64,000 bases of DNA from Octopus vulgaris (GCA_951406725.2 OX597825.1:68448001-68512000), one strand, 5' to 3'. Counted from the first letter of the stretch, positions 25,931 through 40,250 are shown. Numbers and translations are program-made. Notes: generated by a model not told the origin, from the sequence alone.

Positions 25931-27462
25931 CTTTTGATGGTAGAATAAATTATGCAAATTTTCATGGACAGTCTGTACCTTGCATTAGAAATTCTTGGGC
26001 AAACTACATCTTGGGTTAGAAATTATGAGACAAGCTATGCTTCACATTATAAATTCTTGATCAGCGTACATTTTGCTTTAGAAATTTTCGGATAATCAAT
26101 ATCTGACATTGGAAATTCTTGGACAACCTCAGACTTTGAAAAAGAGACTAAATGCCATTGTTTTCATTGATTTAACAATATTTTATTCTAAAACTGAATT
26201 AGCTTTCTCTTTATGCGTTGTGGAGGTGAATGTGTCTGGGATACGTCCTAAATTGATAGGAAAGAAGCTGGACATTATGGGTTGTGATAATCATCATTTC
26301 CACCACCAGCAACACTACTACTACTACTACAACCAATACTACCATCAACACCATCTCGTTATTACCACTGCCATGATTACTATCAACATCAACACCACCA
26401 ACCTTATCTTCAAACTACCACTGCCTCTTTTATTAATATCATTGCCATCAATACCACTACCACCACCAAAATCATCCCCCACCACCTCCATTCTCAAAAC
26501 CATCATCATTATGACTACACCATCAGCATCATCACCACCACCAACACCTCCACTACTACTGGTATCATCATAGAGCTAATGGGGAGGGTTTCTATGTGGT
26601 CATTCAACCTACTAGAAATAACAGCCAAATCTCTTTGAAATTGTATACTGTTGCCTTAAAAAAGAGAACGCATTGGATGATGTAGTCCTAGATATCCCTA
26701 AAGACGACAAGATGACCATGACTAGAATGTCAGCAATTACATATCTGCTCAATCAGGGTTGTCCTGAGACTGAAAAAGTAACACCATCATCTTTGCCATC
26801 ATCATCATCTTCGTTATCGTCATCATTATCATCACCACTACTAACTACCTGTACCATTCTCAACACCACCACCATCAATGCCATCATCACTACTACCACC
26901 ACTATCAGTAACATTACTACCACCACTTGTGCTGGTGGCACGGGAAAAAACATTCGAGCGAGACTGGCTCCTGTGCAGGTGGCACATAAAAAGCACCATT
27001 TGAGCGTGGCCGCTTCCAGTATCGCCTGACTGGTCCTCGTGCCGGTGGCGTGTAAAAGCACCTACTACACTCTCGGGGTGGTTGGCATTAGGAAGGGCAT
27101 CCAGCTGTAGAAACTCTGCCAGATCAGATTGGAGTCTGGTGCAACCATCTGGTTCGCCAGACCTCAGTCAAGTCGTCCAACCCATGCTAGCATGGAAAGC
27201 GGACGTTAAACGATGATGACCTTCCACAATGCCAACATCATCATCAACACCATCACCACTATCAACTACCCATACCATTCTCATTGCCATTCTCACCACC
27301 ACTCCCAGGTAACATTATCACCGCTACCACCACCACCACCACCCTCAGTACCATCAACATTATCGCTACAACCGTCAGTACCATTCTCACTACAGCCTAC
27401 CACCACCACCACAAACCCCATCATCATCTCGTCATAAAAGTAAACAAGATCTCTTATTGCAG

Positions 27463-27614
27463 GTTGCAGTGAAATCTGGTTCCTCGATCGGTCTCTCAGA
27501 TGGCATTTCTTGGTGGCAAATTTCACGACTTATTATCGTTTGATGTTGCTACATCTTGGTCTGCCCCAGTGGCAGTACATCTTCACAGACATTGGCTTAT
27601 CAATGCAGGCAAAG
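27463..27614 (+). CDS. TPGS2: TPGS2 exon 6 (GCSEIWFLDRSLRWHFLVANFTTYYRLMLLHLGLPQWQYIFTDIGLSMQAK)
   Basis: ttgcAG / GTACGA, 152 nt; closely matches conserved 'EIWFLDRALYWHFL...YYRLLITHLGLPQWQY...QAK'. Confidence 0.97.
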
Positions 27615-29796
27615 GTACGACTTTGTTCTAATTAATAGTTTCAAATTTTGGCACAATGCCCGCAATTTTAGGCGGCGGGATGGGTGGGTGGTAGAATGTT
27701 GTTAGTCGATTACATTGACCCCAATGTTTTGTTCAACCACCGAAAGGATAAATGGCCAAGTCATCCTTGGTATTACAGCTGGTTGCTCTATGCCAGAGGT
27801 TCTCAACCATTTTTTATCTATGGACCCCTTTGAACCTTCGTAGCCATTCGATGTTTAAAAGTTTTATAGACCCTTCTTTCAGAAGGGTCTATAAGAGTTT
27901 TGTGAGAACTGCAATGCTGTATGAGAGTAAGACATGGTGCTTGAGGGAGAGAGAGAGATAGCAATTTTGTAAAGGACTGAGAGAGCAATGCTGAGAGAAA
28001 GTCCAGGCAAGATTGTTTATGGAAGACCAGCAGTCGCCCATGCATGCCAGCCTCCCTGCTCCATTCCACCGATGTTATCCAAGGGAAAGGCAGCAGCCGA
28101 TACAGCTTGGCACCAGTGACATCACAACTCATTTCTACAGTTGAGTGAACTGAAGCAACATGAAATAAAGTGTCTTGCTCGAGAACAGAACACACAGCCT
28201 GGTCTGGGAATTGAACTCACTACCTCATGATTATGAGCCTGATGCCCTAACCACTGAGCCATGTGCCTTCAGCTGTAAAATCCTGTCTCAAATCAATTCC
28301 TATGCAAGCCATGCTAGTGTTATCATCATCATTTAACGTCCTTTTTCCATGTTGGTATGGGTTAGATGGCTTGACAGGAACTGGCAAGGCCTGGGGTGTG
28401 CACCAGGTTCCATAGTCTGTTTTGGCTTGGTCTCTACAGCTTCATGCCCTCCCTAGTACCAACCACTTTACAGAGTGTACTGGGTGCTTTTTATGTAGCA
28501 CCATCACCACTGCTTTCTACATGGTACCAGCATAGAAAAATACACGTCAAATGACTGAAGAACAGTCATTTATCTCATGATGACATCGTTCACAATTTTA
28601 ATGGACATGTCAAGACAAAGGGAAGTCACACACACACACACACTATATTTATTTGTATTTACGTCACATCCCTAATTTAGTGTTAAATCTTGGTACAAAA
28701 ATTTTCCCTTCATATCGTTACTAGTGTTGCATTATTGGCACTTGAAAAACATTCGAGTGAAGTCATTACCAGTGCCGCTGGACTGGCTCCTGTGCAGGTG
28801 GCACGTAAAATACACCATTTGAGCTTGTCCGTTGCCAGTACTGCCTCACTGGCCCTCGTGCCGGAGGCACATAAAAATGCCCGCTACACTCTTGGAGTGG
28901 TTGGCATTAGTAGTTGGCCTGACTTGCCCCCATGCCAGTGGTACATAAAAAGCACCCTCTGGGTGGTTGGCATTAGGAAGGGCATCCAGCTGTAGAAACT
29001 GCCAGGTCAGACTGGAGTCTGGTGCAACCTTCCGGTTCACCAGTCCTCAGTCAAATCATCCAACCCATGCTAGCATGGAAAGTGGACGTTAAATGATGAT
29101 GATGATGAATCAAGCTTTGCCCACATATTAGTTGCAGGGCACGATTTTCCTGTTAAAATCAAATATAAAATAGTGCCACTTACACATGAATAAATGCAAC
29201 ATATACAACGGGCATCTTACAGTTTTCCTCTACCACATTTCACTAACAAGACATTGGTCAACTAATTGTGATAATAGAAGACACTAACTGACAGTCTCCA
29301 TGCATGAGGAATAAACCTTAAACCAAAGATCCCCAAAGTAAATTTCTTAACTGAGCATTTTCCAATTGAAGTCGAATGTAGAGGGTTTGTTGGACACAGT
29401 GTGAGACGACTGTTGTTATCGTTAGGCCTAACTCATCGTAAAGTAAATACCACCATGACCTATATCTAAACTACAGTGGAGAAGGATAGCCACTGGATTT
29501 GGTTAAAAAGAGACGATGAGCGATGGCTAGAGAAATATTGAGCTATATTTAATGACCAGTTGATCTCGCAAGTGGGGGCTCATATCAGTGGGGGAGGCCA
29601 GTGTGCAGTGATGCCCTGAAACAGCGCGCATTCTCTCCTGATGACCCCATACACTTGCTGGCTTCCGGTATGCGGAGTTCTTGACTGGTAGCACTTGCAT
29701 GTGCAAGTGGTTTGCGAGACATCAATATGGCCATTGTTAGGAAAAACTTTATTAGAATTTTAAAAATTTTGTTCTGCATTTCTTAAATGGATTTAA

Positions 29797-30018
29797 CCCT
29801 TTAGTGTTCGCATTATTCTGCCAAAATTAATCCTTTTTTATCTAAATTGTTTTGAACTAATCATGCATTATCTTGAATCTATGAGATTTTGATGAGGTAC
29901 CTGTAATTTTTTGAAAACGATATTGTAGGGTTAGTGTGAGAGACCAGATCTGGCCAGTCTGACCATAAAACAGGCAGAATACTTTTGGCCGGATGTGGCC
30001 GGTTTAAATGCTAAAGGG
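29797..30018. mobile_element. piggyBac-type MITE (related partial copies ~21870-22010, 34820-34950, 35200-35945)
   Basis: TTAA-CCCTTTAG ... CTAAAGGG-TTAA. Confidence 0.8.
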
Positions 30019-30099
30019 TTAATGAAGTTATTTTGTTTTGTGTGAAGCTATCTTGTTTTGATTTTCATTACTAATCTATTTACAACTGTTCACTAACAG

Positions 30100-30245
30100 C
30101 AATGGTTTAACATATATGCTCCTAGCCGTATTCAAACTGATGTTTCCCAAGGAAGAACTTACGAACACGATTTGAGGGATTCTCTCTCGGTAACACCAAA
30201 CCAATTGGACGTCTCCAAAATTTTCAAAGGAAAGAATGAAAAAAA
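30100..30245 (+). CDS. TPGS2: TPGS2 exon 7 (QWFNIYAPSRIQTD...NQLDVSKIFKGKNEK)
   Basis: cactaacAG acceptor, GTAAGT donor (phase 2); matches 'QWFSMYKP...NKLDPSKVFKSK'. Confidence 0.93.
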
Positions 30246-31521
30246 GTAAGTCTTTTAATTATAAACTTATCTAAGAAAAAGAAAAAAAACGTCTAAGTAT
30301 GGTTATGTGGTTAAGAAGTTTGCTTCCCAACCACATGGTTCCAGGTTCAGTCCCACTGCATGGCACCTTGGGCAAGTGTCTTCTTCTATAGCCCTGGGCC
30401 AACCATTGCCTTGTAAGTGGATTTGGTAGATAGAAACTGTGTAGAAGCTCATCATATATGTGTGTTTGTATTTGCTCCCTCTCCACTGCTTGACACCAGT
30501 GTTGGTTTGTTTATCTCCCCCATAACTTAGTGGTTCAGCAAAAGATAAAACAAGCACCTAACTTTAAAAAGTAAATACTGGGACTCATTTTTGCCAGCTG
30601 AGTTGGCTGGAGCAACATGAATTGAAGTGTTTTGCTCAAGAACACATGTTGCCCAGTTCAGTAATTGAAACCACAATCTTGCGATCATGAGTCCAACACC
30701 CTAACCACTAAGCCATGTGCCTCCCCACTTGGGTAAATGGCACTAGGTTGAAACCTTTCAGCCACTCCTACTCCTATGTATATATATATATATATATATA
30801 TATACGACGGGCTTCTTTCAGTTTCCATCTACCAAATCCACTCACAAGGCTTTGGTTGGACCGAGGCTATAGTAGAAGACACTTGCCCAAGGTGCCACAC
30901 AGTGGGAATGAACCCGGAATCATGTGGTTCGTAAGCAAGCTACTTACCATACAGCCACTCCTACGCCTATGTGTGTATATATATATATATGTATGTATGT
31001 ATATGTATATATACGACGGGCTTCTTTCAGTTACCGTCTACCAAATCCACCCACAAGGCTTTGGTCAGCCCAAGGTTATAGTAGAAGACACTTGCCCGAG
31101 GTGCCACGCAGTGGGACTGAACCCGGAACCATGTGGTTCGTAAGCAATCTACTACCACACAGCCACTCCTAACACTTACTGACCACCATCAGGTGTTCGG
31201 CTTATTATTGTTCTTTATTGAGGATATTTGACATTATTCATCACTGCTCGATGTTATGTACCTCGGTGAATTCATTTCGGTGAAATCTTCTTGCTTGTTA
31301 AACTCACCCTACACACCGACACTGATGTTTTGCGTAGACTAACTGAAATGTTTGTTATTCACAACCTGTCTGCACCAGTCAATATCAATGTCATCACCTA
31401 CCCATGTCACTGACCACTAAATGTTCTCTGACCGATTTCTCACAGCCAAACCTAGCCTTCACTGCATCTGTTGGCCATCAGATCAGCTGATCACTTTCCC
31501 TTCAGAGATGGTGGTAGGAAA

Positions 31522-31881
31522 TCTTTATATATAAAAGTGAAGTTGTGTGTCTGTCTCCTACGATTTAGATTCCTAACTACTCCCACATTTTGCGGTGCAG
31601 TGTAACCAAAACCAGGTATCTTATAGTCGTGATTCATATCGAGCCCTTCTGGGTATTAGCGCGTCTACGATTTAAAAAACATCTACCATCATTTTTTTGC
31701 TATTATATAAGGGAAGTAACTCTCTAAAAATGTATTATTAAATCTCAGAACGTAAAAAGCTACAGTAACACCCCACTTTGTGGTTAGCCATATTGAGATG
31801 GCTATTATACTTTACATCTCTAAAAATGCTTATATAGTTATTTCCCTTACAAACCTAAGCAACGCCGGGCGATACTGCTAG
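31522..31881 (+). mobile_element. Non-autonomous Helitron-like element
   Basis: A|TCTTTATATATAAAAGTGAAGTTG ... GCAACGCCGGGCGATACTGCTAG. Confidence 0.7.
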
Positions 31882-32294
31882 AAAGAAATAGGAATAAAAT
31901 GTGTTGGGTTGACTCATTTGAAGTGAAAACTGCAATCCACAAAACACTGCATACAAAACTGCTAATTATAACAAGTTCTTTAATTAGCACAAAGTTGGAA
32001 AGACTAATAGTAAATTAATTTAACTGAAGCACTCACCTGCTATTTATCCTAATGGTCACAGAAAGGCAGTGAGCTGGCAGAGTTCTTTGCACACTGGACA
32101 AACTGCTTAGCGACAGTTCTTTGGATTTTATTTTGAGTTGAAATTTTGCTGATGTTGGCTTCACATTTTATCATTTCAAAGTTCATAAAATAAGTACCAT
32201 TTGAGCACCAGGGGGTAGTGTAATAGACTATCCCCCTTCCCTCAAATGTCAGGCCTTGTGTTTATAGTAGACAGAAACTGTGTGGAAGCCCATC

Positions 32295-32356
<62 letters not shown>

Positions 32357-35250
32357 AATTTAAATAATAATAATAATTATGTTCTGGCGTTTGCTGAATT
32401 TTCTTGAGAACAATCTTTTCTTAGTGGTCAGACTATATGGGGTCTACATCTAGCATAATAGATGTCCACTTAGTGGTCATCCCTCTTATATATGCGTGTG
32501 TCATCATCATCGTTTAACGTCCGCTTTCCATGCTAGCATGGGTTGGACAATTTGACTGAGGCCTGGCAAACCAGATGGCTGCACCAGACTCCAATCTGAT
32601 CTGGCAGAGTTTCTACAGCTGGATGCCCTTCCTAACGCCAACCACTTCGAGAATGTAGTGGGTGCTTTTACGTACCACCAACACGAGGGCCAGTCAGGCG
32701 GTACTGATATATATATATATAGGTGCAGGCATGGCTGTGTGATGAGAAGCTTGCTTCCCAACTGCATGGTTCTAGGTTCAGTCCCACTGCATGGCACCAT
32801 GGGCAAGTGTCTTCTATTATAGCCGCAGGCCAACCAACACTTTGTGAGTGGATTTGATAGACGGAAACTGAAAGAATCCTGTCATGTATATATATGTGTG
32901 TGTGTGTGTGTGTCTTTGTTTGTCCCCCTCCTCCACCACCGCCATCGCTTTACAACTGATGCTGGTGTTTACATCCCTGTAGCTTAGCAGTTTGGCAAAA
33001 GAGAATTGATAGAATAAATATTAGGCTTACAAAGAATTAGTCCTGGGATTGATTTCTTCAACTAAAAACCCTTTAAAGTAGTGCTCCAGCATGGGCACAA
33101 TCAAATGACTGAAAACACACATATGCATAATATAAATATATATAATATAATTATAGATATATAGGCGTAAGAGTGGATGTGTGGTAAGTAGCTTGCTTAC
33201 GAATCACATGGTTCTGGGTTCAGTCCCACTGTGTGACAGCTTGGGCCAGTGTCTTCAACTATAGCCTCGGGCCAACCAAAGTCTTGTGAGTGGATTTGGT
33301 AAACATAAACTGATAGAAGCCCGTTGTATATATATATATGTATATACATATGTATGTGTGTGTATATGTTTGTGTGTGTCTCCCCAACATCGCTTGACAA
33401 CCGATGCTGGTACGTCCCCGTAAATTAGCAGTTTGGCAAAAGAGACCAATAGAATAAGTACTAGGCTTACAAAGAATAAGTCCTGGGGTCGATTTGCTTG
33501 TCTAAAGGCAGTGCTCCAGCATGGCCACAGTCAAATGACTGAAACAAGTAAAAGAATTTGTTTGTAATATGGTGTTAAAATGTCTCTGAATGGCTAACAT
33601 GTGTCTCTGCCACTCCAATTGTAGTACTTATTTTATCGGTCTCTTTTGCCGAACTGCTAAGTTACGGGGACGTACCAGCATCGGTTGTCAAGCGATGTTG
33701 GAGAGACAAACACATTGCCAGACAGCAAATAGAAACTTGAACATTGCTTAGAAAATAATTCTCATTTTTAACCTCGTATACAGTACGCACTAGGGATTTT
33801 GACCGTTAAATTTTGGGGGGAAAATGTGGATTATACTCGAGGATTTACGATAATTGAAAATACAAGTGAAGAATGACAAATTGCTCAAGTGCCATGCAGT
33901 GGGACTGAACCGAAAACCATGTGGTCAGGAAGCAAACTTTTCAACCACACAGCTATGCTTGCATCCAATGCTGACAATCTACTTAGTAGAATCTTATTGC
34001 CTTTCCTATACAAAACATCCATCAATATTTAAGATTATGTTAATATCCTGCAACCAACGTTTGTGTCTGTTTCCCGTTAGAAACTTGTGCTTCTGTGTTA
34101 AGCTATTACAAAACATGCTGTTATTGAAATAAAGGTATTGTAAATAAATAATTAAAAATTTAACAAACGTTTCTTTACAGAAAACCGCCTGTAGCTCAAC
34201 AGATCAATCAAATGGTAAAAAAGAGGGTAGTTCAGAACAGGTAATTTTTGTTACCTTTTGCTTTGTTCCACTTTTAGAGAGAGAGAGAGAGAGAGCGGGT
34301 GTGTAGTGTTCATGTGTATGTATAGGTAGATTTAAAACTGCAGAGAAAGGAACACTGTTCTGCTCTGCCAATGAGACTATGAAATAGCTGTGCAAAGACA
34401 TGCTCTCAGAACCACTGAGCTGACACTAAAATATCTTTTTCTGTTGACTATTTTAGCATCCGAGCTGGCAGAATCGTTAGCACGCCAGGCGAAATGTTTA
34501 GCCGTATTTCGTCTGCCGTTATGTTCTGAGTTCAAATTCCGCCAAAGTCAACTTTGCCTTTCATCCTTTCGGGGTCAATAAATAAAGTACCAGTTACGCA
34601 CTGGGGTCGATGTAATCAACTTAATCCCTTTGTCTTTATTTGTCCCCTCTCTGTTTAGCCCCTTGTGGGCAATAAAAAATATATTTTAGCATCAGTCACC
34701 ACCACCAGTATTCCTACATGTTTTTTGTTTTTCCCCCACATCTGACAGAGTTAGTCATACAACACCCACATTCCATGTTATGAAACCCAAAATACATGCA
34801 TTACTTAGTTATTTTGTTTGACCCTTTAGTACTTAGACTAGCAGCATCTGGCCCAGATATTCAACCAGAGCTGACCTCTCACACTTACCAATTCTAAAGA
34901 TAAACAATTGTAATCTCAAATCTACAAGATAATACATGATTAATTCAAAAGACAGAGGTGTACTTCCCAGGCAAGAGTTTCAATCCATCAGGGACCATGT
35001 GTTGAAACTAAATTGATTGCTGTGTTGGTGGGTGGCACGTAAAAAGCACCCACTACACTCACGGAGTGGTTGGAAACCTTCCAGCTTCACAGACCCCAGT
35101 TAGTCCAATCCATGCTAGCATGGAAAGCGGAGCTAAATGATGATGATGATTGCCACATGTGTTAAGTCTTTGTGTATTTCTGAATGGCTGTCTTCACTTA
35201 ATCACTTAAGCATTCAGATTACTTCTGTCAAATCTAATGCTTCTTTATTT

Positions 35251-35290
35251 ACCTGATGACGGGTCAATACCCAGAAACTGTAGTCCGTGC
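35251..35290 (+). ncRNA. Degenerate hammerhead core in a structured insertion
   Basis: CTGATGA-CGGGT-caat-ACCCA-GAAAC-TGTA-GTC; stem I broken at insertion edge. Confidence 0.4.
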
Positions 35291-37093
35291 GTATCACTTA
35301 GGTTGACGAGGGAAGGATGACCTCCCTTTGCAAATACCATAAGGGCACAGAAAGTGTGCCTAAAGCCAGCTGGAGACGATGTTCTCCTGGGGCTACAAGC
35401 TGCAGTAACACCCACCCTTAGTGGTTAGCCATACTGAAATGGCAAGTATACCTCACATTGTCATGCACTTACTGTTTATACCTCGTTCAGAGATTTATTA
35501 TTTATTTACATTGTTTTGAATTAATCAAGCATTATCTCATAGCTTTGAGATTTCAGTGTGGAGGCACGTGGTTAGGGTGTCAGCACCATGATTGTAAGAT
35601 TGTGGTTTCGATTCTTGGACCAGGCAACGCATTGTGTTCTTGAGCAAAACACTTCGTTTCACGTTGCTCCAGTCCACTCAGCTGGCAAAAATGAGTAACG
35701 CTGCAATGGACTGGCGTCCCATCCAGCTGGGGAACACATACACCATTGAAACCGGGCCCATGAGCCTGGCTAGGCTTTAAAAGGGTGCATTTATTATTAT
35801 TTTTTTGCGATTTGAGTAATGTGATTGCTTTATTTTTAGAATGACATCCTGGGGTAGGTGTGAGAGTATGGATCTGGTTAGCTTGAATATAAAGCAGGTA
35901 GAATAATTGGGCTGAATAAGGTCTGGTCAAATGCTAAAGGGTTAAACATTTAGCTTGCTTACCAACCACATGGTTCCGGGTTCAGTCCTACTGTGTGGCA
36001 TCTTGAGCAAGTGTCTTCTACTATAGCCTTGGGCTGACCAAAGCCTTGTGAGTTGATTTGGTAGACAGAAACTGAAAGAAGCCCTATATATATATGTGTG
36101 TGTATGTATGTATCTGTCCCCCAACATCACTTGGCAACTGGTGCTGGTGTGTTTATGTCCCTGTAACTTAGCAGTTCAGCAAAAGAGACCAATAGAATAA
36201 GTACTGGGCTTACAAAGAAATAAGTCCTGAGGTCAATTTGCTCGACTAAAGGCGGTGCCCCAGCATGGCTGCAGTCAAATGACTGAAACAATTAAAAGAA
36301 TAAAAGAACTTGTTTGTAATATGGTGTTAAAATGTCTCTGAATGGCTAACATGTGTCTCTGACACTCCAATTGCAGTATTTCAAAAGAATTTGAATAAAT
36401 AAGCATTTCTTTCATTGACGAAGTAACCCAACGTTATTGAGTACAAGAAAGTTCATCATTTTGTTCAAATGACTGGAAATGAGAAGGGACCAGGAAATGT
36501 GGCTATTTGCTGTACTTGATAAGATATGTTAAAAGCACCCAGCACACTTCCATCAGGAAGAACATCCAGCCATAGAAATCATGCCACAACAGACAGTTGG
36601 AGTCTCCCTGCCAGCATGCAAAGATGTTAAACGATGATGAAGAAGTATATAGGCGTAGGAGTGGCTGTGTAGTAAGTAGCTTGCTTACGAACCACATGGT
36701 TCCAGGTTCAGTCCCACTGCGTGGCACTTTGGGCAAGTATCTTCTACTATAGCCTCGGGCTGACCAAAGCCTTGTGAGTGAATTTGGTAGACGGAAACTG
36801 AAAGAAGCCTGTTGTATATATGTATGTCCCCCCAACATCGCTTGACAACTGATGCTGGTTTGGCAAAAGAGACCGATAGAATACGTACTAGGCTTACAAA
36901 GAATAAGTCCCGGGGGTCGATTTGGTCGACTAAATGCGGTGCTCCAGCATGGCCACAGTCACATGACTGAAACGAGTAAAAGTATATCCACACATACTTA
37001 TTCACTTTGACAGAGTAATCTGAATATTAAAGAATTAAAATGAAGTTTGCTTAAACTTGAGTTTAATATTTCTTTTTTTTTTCTCCCCCACAG

Positions 37094-37163
37094 ACAAACT
37101 GGCCTGGTCAACCCAAGACTTGTTCCTTTAAATCAAAATAATACTTTAAAAGGAAGCAAATAA
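37094..37163 (+). CDS. TPGS2: Probable TPGS2 terminal exon 8 (KQTGLVNPRLVPLNQNNTLKGSK*)
   Basis: Long polypyrimidine tract + cacAG, phase-2 compatible with exon 7, TAA at 37161-37163; total CDS 843 nt = 280 aa; sequence not conserved so less certain. Confidence 0.7.
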
Positions 37164-37604
37164 ATGAATGATCTTCAAAAATCATTTGACACCTGCTTTT
37201 TTGGTGCTGGCATGAGCTGCTGGTTGTCATGGTCCGAGCTGATTCCTGTTTGAAGTTAGGAATTCCCTGATGGGTTGGAGTATCAGATCTCAAATATTTC
37301 CTGTTTTTATTTCTACCAAATCACAACTAGTTGAGTGAATGGAGGGACGTGTAACTGGTGCTACATTAGACAAGAGATTTAACACTTAAATTGAGAAAGG
37401 AGCAACACACCATTGTCAGGTTACATCTGGGAAGAATACAATGTTAAAAAACAAAACAGAAGCCAATAACTAAATTGAAGCAATGATTTTATTTTCCAGA
37501 AGACCTTATTTTATTTTCCAGAAGACCTTTTTTGTCTTTACACATTTGGGAAAAGAATATATATACAATTCAAACAATTTGATACAAATTACATAATTTT
37601 ATTT

Positions 37605-37610
37605 AATAAA
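37605..37610 (+). terminator. Candidate poly(A) signal of TPGS2
   Basis: AATAAA ~440 nt after the stop codon, just before transposon-derived sequence starts. Confidence 0.5.
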
Positions 37611-37989
37611 ATTGCACAGTCTTAAACAATGAATGTGAAAATTCAACAAATTTCATTTAAGCCAACATTGAATATAAATCAATATCTTTTAGAGCTGAAA
37701 TGTGGAAAGGTTTTTTTGATTTCTTGGTTATTTGTCTCATTTCGGGTTGGGAATGGTTTAAGGGGCGGTAAATGGGGTCGGATTGGTGCCAAAATTTACA
37801 CTGGGGGTAAAATGGGGTGGGCAATGGTGTGAGGAGGGTTGCAAGTTGCTCGGGACTACCGTTTGGTTGTCATGGTGAGGAATATGGGAAAAATTGAGTT
37901 TTATGGGATAGACAGGTTGCACTGTTTGAATAATGGTGGCTTTTCGTGTTGCTGCAGGGGTTAGGTGGTTAACTTTAATTGTGGGTGTA

Positions 37990-38072
37990 AAAATTTAACC
38001 AATATAACTTGGGGTTTCTTCTGGCTTTCTATAAGGGTAGTGAAGGCCTTTATGTCTAATGTAGCATCTAAA
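37990..38072 (-). mobile_element. Short Penelope-like RT thumb fragment
   Basis: Minus translation FLDATLD..HYPYRKPEETPSYI. Confidence 0.6.
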
Positions 38073-38074
38073 AA

Positions 38075-39260
38075 ATGAACCCACTATGCCAACGACAACA
38101 ACACATGCAGCACTACATATTCCGAATGCAATGCTCCGGATACACACAAGACGATAGAGTCAGAGTGCACAAAAGAGCGAAAGCAAGATTCGAACGCATT
38201 CTAAGGGACGACGAAAATGGTATATGCCACCCTATACCGCAACAAGTTCTGGAATAGGTTAGAGAGAGACACCAACAAAAGGAAGAGAAACGATACTTGG
38301 TATGATAACAGGAAATTTCACGGGGTAATGTTCGTTGATGCCACACCTAAGAACGAGCTAAGGCATTCAAGAAAATCCTGCGCATTACTGGCCTTAAAAT
38401 TCAAGGTTGTAGAAAAGACAGGTAGGACTATCAAATCTGCATTATGCAGATCATATCCATTTGATAGAATCACGTGTCAAAGTAATTGTGCAGTACGTTC
38501 GACAAACCCACATGTGAACTGCAAAACCAAGGGCACTGTATACCAAATTGAGTGCCAAGAAGGAGCTTGCGCGACTAAGCCAGAGTCATACATAGGTGAG
38601 ACAAACCCACATGTGAACTGCAAAACCAAGGGCACTGTATACCAAATTGAGTGCCAAGAAGGAGCTTGCGCGACTAAGCCAGAGTCATACATAGGTGAGA
38701 CAAACCCACATGTGAACTGCAAAACCAAGGGCACTGTATACCAAATTGAGTGCCAAGAAGGAGCTTGCGCGACTAAGCCAGAGTCATACATAGGTGAGAC
38801 AAACCCACATGTGAACTGCAAAACCAAGGGCACTGTATACCAAATTGAGTGCCAAAAAGGTGCTTGCGCGACTAACCCAGAGTCATACATAGGTGAGACG
38901 AACCCACATGTGAACTGCAAAACCAAGGGCACTGTATACCAAATTGAGTGCTAAGAAGGAGCTTGCGCGACTAACCCAGAGCCATACATAGGTGAGACTT
39001 CTTGGAGTATCAATGATAGGTTCAAAGAACACCTGGACAACTACATTGAAAAGAAACCAAACTCCATCTTCTATCAGCATGCTGTAGACTGCCACAAGGG
39101 ATCCTTAGGGAAACTTAAGTTAAACATCCTATCAACACATCCCACCGTTGCAATGTTGAGACAGGTCACAGAAGCTGTTTGCATACAAGAATACAAACCT
39201 ACTCTCAACCGAAAATCCGAATGGAGTGACATCCAAATCCCATTCAGGAGGACCATTCTA
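38075..39260 (+). mobile_element. Penelope-like element 3' fragment, GIY-YIG endonuclease with 5 x 99-bp internal tandem
   Basis: SGY..R, FVDATP, 'GTVYQIEC...SYIGET', RFKEH, 'RQVTEAV.I...LNRKSEW'. Confidence 0.9.
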
Positions 39261-40250
39261 TAACCACCCCTCTCTCTCGTTTACATGTAATCCTTACATA
39301 CATGTTGAAATGCGTGGTGCTAAAACACTTATGTGCAGTTATATGTAACCGTATGAGCGTACGTTGTTTGGTACGTATGTGGTGCTATAAAAAAATGCAC
39401 ATATGAGTATGTATGGATGTATGCATTTATGCATATATAAAAAAAAAGAGCAGATAGGTTAATATAATGCATGTTCGATTTTTAACCGTTGCCCTTGAAT
39501 ACTGTGTCGTATTTTGTATGTGTGTGTGTGTATGTATGTAGAAGTGGATAAGCATATATGAGTGTGTCTATATGATTGTGTGTACTTGTGTATATGTATA
39601 TGGCTATATGTGCACAGTTGCACCTAAACGTATCCATTCACCGTTAGATGATGATGAGGGACAAACACACATATATGTGTGTGCGCGTCTATATAAACAT
39701 GTGTGTATATATACAACCTTCAACAAAGTAACAGTCATGTACACAACTTGGACGGACACATACCAGTACACGCACACACAGACGTCTGCCCATTCTCCTA
39801 GATACTCACGTACATGTACACACATACATACGCACATGCGTACGTATGTGCATACACACATACATACGTAGATATATATAACTTGAACTAACTAAATGTA
39901 AAGGAAAAAAAAAGAAAAGTAAAAGTAAAACAAAAGTTTTGAGATATAGAGATAAGTGGCTGATAATAGGTTTTAGAGTTTTGTTGTGGGGGTAAGGGTC
40001 GTAAATCACTTCCTAGTTTTTTTTTTGGGGGGGGGTTGAAATTTGATGTAATGAGTGGTCAGTCTACACCTATCCATCACTACAGGTTTATAGCGTTAAG
40101 TTTATAGTGTGTGTGCGTGCATATACACATACATACACACACACACACATGCGTACGTATGTACATACATGCATGCATGCATACATACATACACACACAC
40201 GTACATATATATATAACGAACTGTTACTTTCTCAGATGCAGCACGGATTT

